Part shown: in pieces, positions 9,558 through 16,269 of the stretch
Layout: each line of letters begins with the position of its first letter
Position numbering within the stretch: position 1 is the first letter of the stretch
Assembly: GCA_041287245.1 (NCBI GenBank)
Contig: JBEULP010000079.1
Span: forward strand, 1-16,269
Source of the DNA: Infirmifilum sp.
Lineage (GTDB): Archaea; Thermoproteota; Thermoprotei; Thermofilales; Thermofilaceae
Direction of reading: 5' to 3'
DNA: 16,269 nucleotides
Notes under the pieces: generated by a model
The model's input: the letters and a program-made list of their open reading frames with translations, nothing else
What the model was told of the DNA's origin: nothing
Databases searched by the model: none
Translations under genes and position numbers: made by a program

Positions 9558-9579
9558 CAATAAAATTATAAATTTATTG
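9558..9579. promoter_or_regulatory. Inverted repeat around a TATA-like core in the divergent korA / DUF123 promoter
   Basis: CAATAAA (9558-9564), ATTATAAA, TTTATTG (9573-9579) within a 53-bp AT-rich intergenic gap. Confidence 0.4.
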
Positions 9580-9597
9580 TAATTCATTTTTAAATAC

Positions 9598-10065
9598 GTG
9601 TATAACGACGGCTGCACGGGTGAAAAGGGAGTATACGCGTTAATAATTAACGTTCAAAGCTCCACCTTGATCAACTTTAAAGGAATGCCTGCACGCCTAG
9701 ACCCCGGAACCTATGTGTATATAGGATCTGCACATGGACCCGGAGGTGTAAAAGCCAGGGTAAGGCGCCACTTGAAGCCCGAGAAGAAGACGAAATGGCA
9801 CATAGACAAGGTGACAACGCTCCCCTATGCACAGATAATATGCGTTGTATGCGCCGAAACCCAAAGCCCCGAGTGCATCCTCACCCCCCACTTAGAGAAA
9901 CACGGCTTTATCCACCCGCTACCAGGCTTCGGCTCCAGTGACTGCAGAAGAGGCTGCACGTCTCACTTCTTCAAATGTAACAAGAACCCTGCCGAGTGCA
10001 TAAGAGCCGTCCAGCTGGCCTTCCAGGAAAGCCGTCTAGAAAACGTACAAACCCTTTATCTATAG
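9598..10065 (+). CDS. DUF123 / GIY-YIG (Uri superfamily) nuclease family protein
   Basis: KGVYAL...GTYVYIGSA.GPGG..ARV.RH, WHID and GFGSSDC..GC.SH are characteristic of DUF123. Confidence 0.85.
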   Translation: MYNDGCTGEKGVYALIINVQSSTLINFKGMPARLDPGTYVYIGSAHGPGGVKARVRRHLKPEKKTKWHIDKVTTLPYAQIICVVCAETQSPECILTPHLEKHGFIHPLPGFGSSDCRRGCTSHFFKCNKNPAECIRAVQLAFQESRLENVQTLYL

Positions 10066-11301
10066 CTCCAGCTTTTGAAGAGAACTTATAACCTTTGCGC
10101 GAACTTCCTCGGGCGGTGGCGGCTCCTTCAAAACAACACCGTTCTCAATATACTTCTCGAGTAGAGGCTTCATCTCACCCCCACATACAGGGCACTTAGG
10201 AGCCTCTTCTCCATGAAGCTTAACCACGTCTACACGGCATCTGTCGCACCTGTAAACCTCCTTCCGCCCAGAAAGCTTCCCGCGCTTGGCGATAGGCACC
10301 CACTCTCCGTCTTTAAAGACGGCTGTGATATCCATTGCGAAGTCAACCGCCGGCGCGGTTGAAATAGCAGCCCCAACTCCGAACCCGTCTGCTCCAGCCT
10401 TTACTAGGGAAGGTATCCTCTTCTCGTCAATACCTCCTGAGACGATAACCTTAACGTCTCCAAACCCCCTAGCCCTAAGCTTCCACTTAACCTCCCTGAT
10501 AATGTCCTCAAAATCGCCCCTACGACTCCCAGGTGTGTCTAGCCTAACACCGTAAAGCCTGTTGCCGAGTAAGTCTGCGGCTAGAATCGCCTCCTCAGCC
10601 TCGTCGAAAAACGTGTCTGCCAGTACAATCCTAGGCACGTCTCCCTCCACGACCTCGTCGAAGGCCTTCCACGCGAGGGTGTGGTCACCCTTAAAAGCCC
10701 TGAAGAGCACCATTAGACTGTGAGGCATGGTCCCCGTAGCTCTAATACCGAGTGCCTGTGCTCCGAGGACGGCTGAAACCCCGTCCGCGCCTCCGATGTA
10801 GGCATAATACTCGATAAAAGGCGCTAAAGCAGGGTGCTGGCGCCGCGCCCCAAAAGACAATACAGTCTTGTCGCCGGCGGCTTTTTTCACCCGGGCTGCC
10901 TTGGTCGCTACACCAGTGGCAGACGCCAAGAAGCCAAGAAGAGGGGTCTCCAGCTCGAGAAACTCCCCGTAGGGGCCCTCAATGGTCATCACCGGGACTC
11001 TATTCTCAAAATAGTCTCTAGCGCTGAAAAACTCGCCTTCGGGGAGGGAGCGTAGAGTAACCTTTCTGCCTTTTAAAAGCTTAATAACCTCCCGCAGCCC
11101 CGCGAATATAGCCCATTTATAGTTCTCAGGCAGCTTGCTAGCAGTAACCTCCACATGAACCTTTGAGTCTATAAGCCCGTATTTTTCTAGGATTTTCCGC
11201 GTCCTCGTGAAGTATACGTCTGTTGTAAATCCGCTTCTAACCTCATCGAAAGTTGCATAGATGAAACGCTCGTTCCAACTCTCCAAGTTCACCGACCACA
11301 T
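10060..11301 (-). CDS. pncB: Nicotinate phosphoribosyltransferase (archaeal type with C-terminal Zn knuckle)
   Basis: TDVYF, SFGARR, GTMPH, DTF, GVRLDTP.SRRG, SGG, FGVG and KRGK.SG, with C-terminal CDRC...CPVC. ATG 11301 is preferred over 11343. Confidence 0.9.
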   Translation of the reverse strand: MWSVNLESWNERFIYATFDEVRSGFTTDVYFTRTRKILEKYGLIDSKVHVEVTASKLPENYKWAIFAGLREVIKLLKGRKVTLRSLPEGEFFSARDYFENRVPVMTIEGPYGEFLELETPLLGFLASATGVATKAARVKKAAGDKTVLSFGARRQHPALAPFIEYYAYIGGADGVSAVLGAQALGIRATGTMPHSLMVLFRAFKGDHTLAWKAFDEVVEGDVPRIVLADTFFDEAEEAILAADLLGNRLYGVRLDTPGSRRGDFEDIIREVKWKLRARGFGDVKVIVSGGIDEKRIPSLVKAGADGFGVGAAISTAPAVDFAMDITAVFKDGEWVPIAKRGKLSGRKEVYRCDRCRVDVVKLHGEEAPKCPVCGGEMKPLLEKYIENGVVLKEPPPPEEVRAKVISSLQKLEL

Positions 11302-11476
11302 CAGAGAGTACCTCTTTGAGATTAAAGCATTTCTCCGTAACACGTCTTATAAAGCCGCCTGGAGCTGTATAATACAAAATAATTTCAATTGAGCTAAATC
11401 GGGTAAGAACTTGTTAATATTAACTATTAAAACGAAACAAACAAGTATATTAGGCTTTTTCGGGAAAGAGAGGACT

Positions 11477-12217
11477 GTGATAACGTTATATGCATCTGAG
11501 GGGCACAGCGTTTACATGTTCCGAGGGCTGACACCCTCAGGGCACGTGGAAGCAAACCAGTTTGTAGCCGTCGACTCCGGAGAAGGCCTGCTGGCAGACC
11601 CAGGCGGGAGAACAGTCTTCTCAAGACTCATCACAGAAGTATCACTCGCCGTACCAGCCCCCAAGATTAAATACCTTTTTTTCTCACACCAGGACCCAGA
11701 CATTATTGGAGCCGCCGCCAGCTGGTACACGGCTCTACCAAACGCCAGGATAGTTCTACCCGAGATTTGGAGCCGCTTCCTACCTCACGCCTTCCCACAA
11801 GAGGTAGATCCTAGTGAGAGGTTCTTCCTAGTCCCAGACGAGGGCGCGGAGCTACAGCTGGGCGGCTGCCGGCTAAAAATAATCCCAGCCCACTTCCTAC
11901 ACTCGCCTGGGAACTTCCAGATATACGACCCCTGTTCTAAAATACTTTTCTCAGGAGATCTTTTCGCCTCGATCTTTCCGAAAGGTGAGTCCTACGACTT
12001 TGTCACAAACTTTGAAAGTCACATTCCTTATATGGAGCCTTTCCATAAGCGGTACATGGCGTCAAACAAGGCGATCCAAGCATGGCTCTCAAGAGTAAAA
12101 GACCTCGACATCGAGATTATAGTCCCGCAACATGGAGCCATTATTAAAGGAAAAGACAATGTAGAGAAAGCCTTGAAATGGATCGAACAACTAAAATGCG
12201 GCGTAGACCTCCTCTAA
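11477..12217 (+). CDS. MBL-fold di-iron protein, ODP (oxygen-binding di-iron protein)-like, without flavodoxin domain
   Basis: EANQF, DPGG, SHQDPD (instead of HxHxDH), AHFLHSPGNF, FSGD, FH.RYM and PQHG. GTG start at 11477 follows a GAGG element. Confidence 0.75.
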   Translation: MITLYASEGHSVYMFRGLTPSGHVEANQFVAVDSGEGLLADPGGRTVFSRLITEVSLAVPAPKIKYLFFSHQDPDIIGAAASWYTALPNARIVLPEIWSRFLPHAFPQEVDPSERFFLVPDEGAELQLGGCRLKIIPAHFLHSPGNFQIYDPCSKILFSGDLFASIFPKGESYDFVTNFESHIPYMEPFHKRYMASNKAIQAWLSRVKDLDIEIIVPQHGAIIKGKDNVEKALKWIEQLKCGVDLL

Positions 12218-12325
12218 CACGCGAAACCACCTTTTTCAGGCGAACTCAACTATCCGGTTAAAATACCCCGACCGTAACTTCAAACAGCACTCTCCCACCC
12301 ATTGCTTCCATACGAGAATTAGTAG

Positions 12326-12457
12326 TCCCCGGGCCGGGACTTGAACCCGGGACCTGCCGGTACCTGCGGGCTGACACGGCTTCATCCCGGAGCGCTTCTC
12401 CTGTCGCCGTGCGGTCAGGGCCTACAGCCGGCCGCGATACCGCTACGCTACCCGGGG
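12326..12457 (-). tRNA. tRNA-Tyr(GUA) with a 60-nt intron at canonical position 37/38
   Basis: Acceptor CCCCGGG/CCCGGGG with C1-G72 and A73 (archaeal Tyr identity), D arm GCGT-AGCGGTA-TCGC, anticodon stem GCCGG/CCGGC, anticodon GTA at 12425-12423, T arm CCGGG-TTCAAGT-CCCGG. Mature length is 72 nt plus CCA, which is not encoded (genome reads CTA). Confidence 0.95.
12362..12421 (-). ncRNA. tRNA-Tyr intron (60 nt) containing a K-turn hairpin; candidate H/ACA-like guide
   Basis: The BHB central helix C32-U35 (CUGU) pairs with intron GCAG, flanked by AG|G and GU|A. Internal stem GCACGGC/GCCGUGU, tandem GA/GA with a GAU bulge, apical GGAG/CUCC. Intron boundaries are well supported. The guide function is inference. 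Confidence 0.8.
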
Positions 12458-12481
12458 ACACTAAAAATATCTATGTGGGGT

Positions 12482-12871
12482 TTATGAGGATTTCGCTTCT
12501 CTCAAACGCATTGAGCTGCTGATGTACTTGATTTTTACTTTCAGGGACGCAGCCTCAGCTTTAGCCTCGGGCGTGAGTTGTCTCCTACGCCTCTCACCGT
12601 ATACTACGATGACAGGTGTGGCTCTTAAGAGCCTGGCTTTTTCAGCTACTCTTCGCACATCTTCAGGCTTCAACGGTGTTGGGTTGTTATACACCTCCAC
12701 GAGGAGTTTCTTCCCATTACCCTGTACCACAAGATGAGCAGGTCCTAGGCGTGTAGGGTGGTTTAGGCGTACGCTGAGACCCGCCTCGAGGTATCTAGAT
12801 GCTACGCGGCCGATAACACCGTACTTCTTCGCAAGCTGCCTCTGTAAGTAGCGTATCCTGGCAAGGGTCAT
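12482..12871 (-). CDS. Small basic hypothetical protein with a restriction-endonuclease-like (PD-(D/E)XK) pattern, probably inactive
   Basis: RVASRYLEAGLSV...GPAHLVV...LLVEVY matches the spacing of Hjc/Mrr/YraN-like cores, followed by L.PEDV..V..KA and PVIVVYG. ATG 12871 is preferred over 12931. Confidence 0.6.
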   Translation of the reverse strand: MTLARIRYLQRQLAKKYGVIGRVASRYLEAGLSVRLNHPTRLGPAHLVVQGNGKKLLVEVYNNPTPLKPEDVRRVAEKARLLRATPVIVVYGERRRRQLTPEAKAEAASLKVKIKYISSSMRLREAKSS

Positions 12872-12960
12872 GGAGGGCACCCGTCTAATGAACAGGAAAA
12901 ACCTTGAAAAATTTTTCCATCTAGAAAACATGCGCGATGGCTCGTGCCTCCAGCGTCTAA

Positions 12961-14178
12961 CTAGAGAAAATCGACAAGTGTGACCTGGCTCTGCAAAAAT
13001 TTTAGTAGACGGCTCTTCCTGTAAATTACCTCGAGAGGAAGTATCATATGCCTCGAAGCTAATTCTAAGGCTTCTTCGAGTGACGACGCTTCTTCTGCCC
13101 TATCTTTTAACGCATTTCTAACGCTCTCACGAATTTGCCAGTTTCCAACTGGGGCGAAGTACTCAGGCGTTACCTCCCGTACCACCAGAGCCTGCGCCTG
13201 CCTCCCCCGCTGGTAGAGGTGTTCGAGCAGAGCCACCCTTATCGCATAGTATCCACCATCTTCCTGCGAGGCTTTGCCATCACTGTACTCGTGTATCGAG
13301 TATATTTGGCTCTCACCGGTGGGAACCCATACTGAGCCAGAAAGCCAGGCTTCAATCATCTCCATTCTCCAAGCTCCAGGGATAAGGATAATCGTGTAAT
13401 TGTTACCTATATACCTGGCGTGGTAAACTTCATGGTTCGTTATCTCAGGGTTATCGCGTACCCTTTGCAGCAGGAAGTCCCCTATTCTCTTATCAACAGC
13501 CGTTATGGCCCACCTAGACGGCACGAACCTCTTTTCGACACCTAGAGCCCCAGAAGTTAGAAGTCTCTGGAGATAATACACGTCGTACCCAGCCTTGTAG
13601 AGCTCTACTAGGGCACGTCCAGCCTTAACCCTGTCCTCGACCAGATTATCAACCCGCCTCGGAACATGGGGATTTCCTACAACATTGATCGAGCTAGCCT
13701 CCCCCGCGAAACCCATAGGCTTCAAGAGAGGGTCGAAGCGCAGAGTAAAGACAGGTGGCCTCTTGAAGACAGCCTCGGACTCCACAGGCTTGCTTGAAAT
13801 AGCCGCCTCCCTTATGGCTTCCACAACCCTCTCACTCGAACTCTTCACGTTGATCCTAGTGTAAGAATATACTAGCCTAGCCCTCAGCTTCAGAATGTCC
13901 CAGAGGTCTAGACGACCCCACCATTCAACCGGGTTTTCAAACAGGTGGGGCTCCCCCTCCCCCACCGGAAGGTTCACGCCAACCCTTACGCTAGGATACC
14001 CGTGCTCTCCCACAAGAATGGAGGGCGGTGTTGGCGATGAGATAGCGCTACTTAGCCGGGGGCTAATGTTAAGCTGTTCTTCGACTCGCGTTAGTATGGG
14101 ACACCTGGGGAGCCCGCAAAGTCTCCTCGAGCCTTTACACAGCGAGCAGATTCTGGGGTTAGGTCGCTTTAACACCAA
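12961..14178 (-). CDS. nreA: Nre family archaeal DNA repair protein (DUF650/DUF651) with C-terminal PIP box
   Basis: N-terminal CSLCKG.RRLCG..RCPIL, PPSILVGE.GYP, VPSRWAITAVD, GGYYA.R, PVG.WQIRE.VR and terminal QVTLVDFL (QxxLxxF PCNA-interaction motif). Confidence 0.9.
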   Translation of the reverse strand: MVLKRPNPRICSLCKGSRRLCGLPRCPILTRVEEQLNISPRLSSAISSPTPPSILVGEHGYPSVRVGVNLPVGEGEPHLFENPVEWWGRLDLWDILKLRARLVYSYTRINVKSSSERVVEAIREAAISSKPVESEAVFKRPPVFTLRFDPLLKPMGFAGEASSINVVGNPHVPRRVDNLVEDRVKAGRALVELYKAGYDVYYLQRLLTSGALGVEKRFVPSRWAITAVDKRIGDFLLQRVRDNPEITNHEVYHARYIGNNYTIILIPGAWRMEMIEAWLSGSVWVPTGESQIYSIHEYSDGKASQEDGGYYAIRVALLEHLYQRGRQAQALVVREVTPEYFAPVGNWQIRESVRNALKDRAEEASSLEEALELASRHMILPLEVIYRKSRLLKFLQSQVTLVDFL

Positions 14179-14330
14179 AGATCACACTCTGTGCAAGCTT
14201 ATATAGTTAGCATTTTTAGATCACCGCTAGGATCGCTGCACCTCCGGCTTCGGGGAAGACAAAAAAGCTTCTGCTAGCATAGCTTGGTATAGCCGGTAAG
14301 TTTTTTAGAGCTTACTGTAGGATTACTCTC

Positions 14331-15179
14331 ATGACTACGAGCCATGTTGAAAAAAAGTTTTTCCACAAGCTTGGCCTCGAGCTCCCCGCTATTGGCCTCG
14401 GAACCTGGGGCATTGGAGGAGGGTATTGGACTCCGGACCACTCTCAGGACGATCTCTGGATCGAATCCCTACGCTACGGGATAGAGCTAGGCGCAACCCT
14501 CATAGACACTGCCGAGATGTACGGCGGTGGACACGCCGAAGAGCTGGTTGGGAAAGCCATCGCCGGATTCGACAGGGAAGAAATATTTATCGTATCGAAG
14601 GTTTGGCAAACACACGCTAGACGAGACGAAGTCGTCAGGGCGGCTGAGGCGAGTGTAAGGAGACTCGGAACCCACATCGACCTGTACCTTATCCACTGGC
14701 CGCCCGAGGGCGTGGACATATGTGAAACCATGAGAGGGTTGGAGGCAGTTGTAGAGAAGGGGTACTCCAGGTTCCTAGGGGTTAGTAACTTCAGCCTCTC
14801 ACTTATCGAGGAGGCTAGAAGCTGCCTGAGCAGGGAGGACATCGCAGCCATAGAGAACAAGTTTAGCCTCCTGGATAGGCGGGACGAGCAGTCCGTCATC
14901 CCCTATGCAGAGCGGGAGGGTATGCTTTACCTGGCTTATACACCGCTCGAAAAGGGACAGCTCGCGAAAGACCCCTTCCTAGCATCTATAGGAGAGAAAT
15001 ACGGTAAAACGGCTGCCCAGGTCGCCCTAAACTGGCTTATACGGTTTAACCCCGTGGTACCCATCCCGAAGGCCGCAGATAAGAAACACGTAGAGGAGAA
15101 CTTAGGCGCCACCGGTTGGAGACTTAGCGAGGAGGACTGGAAGGCTATTTCGGAGAGGTACAGGAGAATAACAGTCTAG
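14331..15179 (+). CDS. Aldo/keto reductase
   Basis: IGLGTW, IDTAEMYG (catalytic D and Y), IVSKV (K), DLYLIHWP (H), GVSNF, AQVALNW and IPK...HVEEN. Confidence 0.93.
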   Translation: MTTSHVEKKFFHKLGLELPAIGLGTWGIGGGYWTPDHSQDDLWIESLRYGIELGATLIDTAEMYGGGHAEELVGKAIAGFDREEIFIVSKVWQTHARRDEVVRAAEASVRRLGTHIDLYLIHWPPEGVDICETMRGLEAVVEKGYSRFLGVSNFSLSLIEEARSCLSREDIAAIENKFSLLDRRDEQSVIPYAEREGMLYLAYTPLEKGQLAKDPFLASIGEKYGKTAAQVALNWLIRFNPVVPIPKAADKKHVEENLGATGWRLSEEDWKAISERYRRITV

Positions 15180-15495
15180 AAGAAACACATCTGTAAAAAC
15201 CACGGCCAGCCACATTGATCACATCAATCCGAGGCTCGTATACCCATCTTCCCCTCATCTTCCCACCTATGTGTTCCGAGAACTCACCTTTCATAGGGCC
15301 TCGGGACTGACGAGGCAGGTGCTCTCAGTCGCTCCCCACTTGAGACTTAACCGTCGTGACTAAAACGCCTTAACTTTATGAGACTAACGTGTTTTACATA
15401 CAACTTTTTAAAAGCTAGCTATAAATACTTCTCCGAAATTAATATATATGATTAAAGACAAAAACTTTTAGTAAAGCAGACAAAATTTATTATCT

Positions 15496-16269
15496 GTGAA
15501 AGGGAGAACAACCTTAGTCATTCTAATAGCCTTCCTAGTGCTAGCCACAGCCTCAGCGCTCTCACAACCCCAACTAAGATCTTGGACGGGAACTCCACCG
15601 CCTCCTCCCGGCGCAACGGTAAGCTCTGGAGAGCTAATAATCTCCGACCCGCCTAATGACCAGTACAAGTATTATAGGCCGGACTGGAACTGGCCTATTA
15701 CGAGCGACCTGGATATTCTAGAGGCAAGGCTGTATAGCGACGGTAGTAACCTCTACTTGAGGTTTAGGTTCGCCACGATGCAGAGCAAGTACAGCGTATA
15801 CGTCATGGTGCCCATAGACTACACACCCGAAAGGGATGACGATGGTTTCAGCATCTGGCTTCCAGACTTCAGCGATACGAAGCTCCCGTGGCAGTGGGAT
15901 GCAGTTATAGGGGTTAACCTGGGTAAGAGTGACCGCCAGCCCTTTGTCTTCGACCACAGCTGGGAATCGAAACCCGTAGGCCAGCTCGTAATAGATCAAA
16001 ACACAGGGACAGTTGAATTGGCAATACCGCTTTCAGCCCTACCAGGCTTCCCGAAGAACGGCAAGGTAAGGTTCACCATAGTGGTCTTCGCCAATAGCTA
16101 CGGTGGAACCTGGGACCCCGGCAAGAACAACGCCTACGATCCTAACACGGGTAAAACTATCTCGGAGAGCGACTATGCGAGTAACGTGTACGACATAGCG
16201 GGCCAGACGCCGACTTCAAGCGAGGTTTACGGGGGATGGGGCAGCGGCAGTCAAACCGTATCTACAAGC
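15496..16269 (+). CDS. Secreted/extracellular protein with glucodextranase DOMON-like (carbohydrate-binding) domain, 3'-truncated
   Basis: Missing from the ORF track because it has no stop in the window. GTG 15496 opens 258 codons: signal peptide MKGRTTLVILIAFLVLATASA, TPPPPPG linker, then SDPPND...DLDILEARL.SD..NLYLRFRF...VMVPID...WDAVI...VELAIPLSAL...SNVYDI, which fits DOMON-like domains of amylopullulanases/glucodextranases. Confidence 0.75.
   Translation, partial: MKGRTTLVILIAFLVLATASALSQPQLRSWTGTPPPPPGATVSSGELIISDPPNDQYKYYRPDWNWPITSDLDILEARLYSDGSNLYLRFRFATMQSKYSVYVMVPIDYTPERDDDGFSIWLPDFSDTKLPWQWDAVIGVNLGKSDRQPFVFDHSWESKPVGQLVIDQNTGTVELAIPLSALPGFPKNGKVRFTIVVFANSYGGTWDPGKNNAYDPNTGKTISESDYASNVYDIAGQTPTSSEVYGGWGSGSQTVSTS

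Noticed and set aside
10060..10065. Overlapping convergent stop codons (CTATAG here, CTAA at 400-403)
   Set aside because: Ordinary compaction in archaeal genomes with no sign of special function.
12369..12412. Nested intron (4-bp CUGA/UCAG helix flanked by CCG and CCC bulges)
   Set aside because: The bulges are pyrimidine-rich and only one base pair flanks the outer side, so this is a poor BHB. Not fully excluded without cleavage data.
12362..12421. Intron as a box C/D guide (CUGA at i4-7, GGGAUGA at i34-40)
   Set aside because: Only one C-like and one D-like box, in the wrong order and spacing for a C-D'-C'-D RNA. The GAUGA is better explained as the K-turn strand facing GA at i17-18.
12258..12461. 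67-aa minus-strand ORF
   Set aside because: It coincides with the tRNA-Tyr gene and is a by-product of GC-rich structural RNA.
12218..12480. tRNA as an integration site of a mobile element
   Set aside because: No integrase and no duplicated tRNA 3' end seen in the window.
14295..14317. Imperfect inverted repeat upstream of the AKR gene, and GAAAAATTTTTC at 12906-12917
   Set aside because: The first needs G-T pairs and the second is low-complexity A/T sequence. Both are too weak to call operators.
15307..15330. Hammerhead ribozyme (CUGACGA core)
   Set aside because: No GAAA after the putative stem II and no compatible stems I and III.
677..15999. Numerous antisense or alternate-frame ORFs in the track (e.g. 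677-1096, 2865-3257, 7845-8342, 8865-9281, 14474-14899, 15468-15668, 15718-15999)
   Set aside because: They overlap well-supported genes, have shadow-frame composition and show no family motifs.

Overview
Gene-dense archaeal chromosome segment. Gene content and an intron-containing tRNA suggest a Thermoproteales/Thermofilum-like crenarchaeon (inference). In order it holds: the 3' end of a probable radical-SAM RNR activase; an MFS-DUF47 fusion; Taw1/TYW1; HtpX; NucS/EndoMS; a solo Cas4-like nuclease; a hypothetical protein; 2-oxoacid:ferredoxin oxidoreductase beta and alpha; a DUF123 GIY-YIG nuclease; nicotinate phosphoribosyltransferase; an ODP-like di-iron MBL-fold protein; tRNA-Tyr(GUA) with a 60-nt intron; a degenerate PD-(D/E)XK-like basic protein; Nre; an aldo/keto reductase; and the 5' part of a secreted DOMON-like protein. 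No CRISPR array, integrase or transposase was seen. The most notable observation is that the tRNA-Tyr intron folds by eye into a K-turn-capped H/ACA-like hairpin. Its pocket is complementary to the host tRNA's own anticodon arm and leaves U35 at the pseudouridylation position, so it is a candidate self-encoded Psi35 guide. All family calls come from motif recognition by eye, not from database searches.
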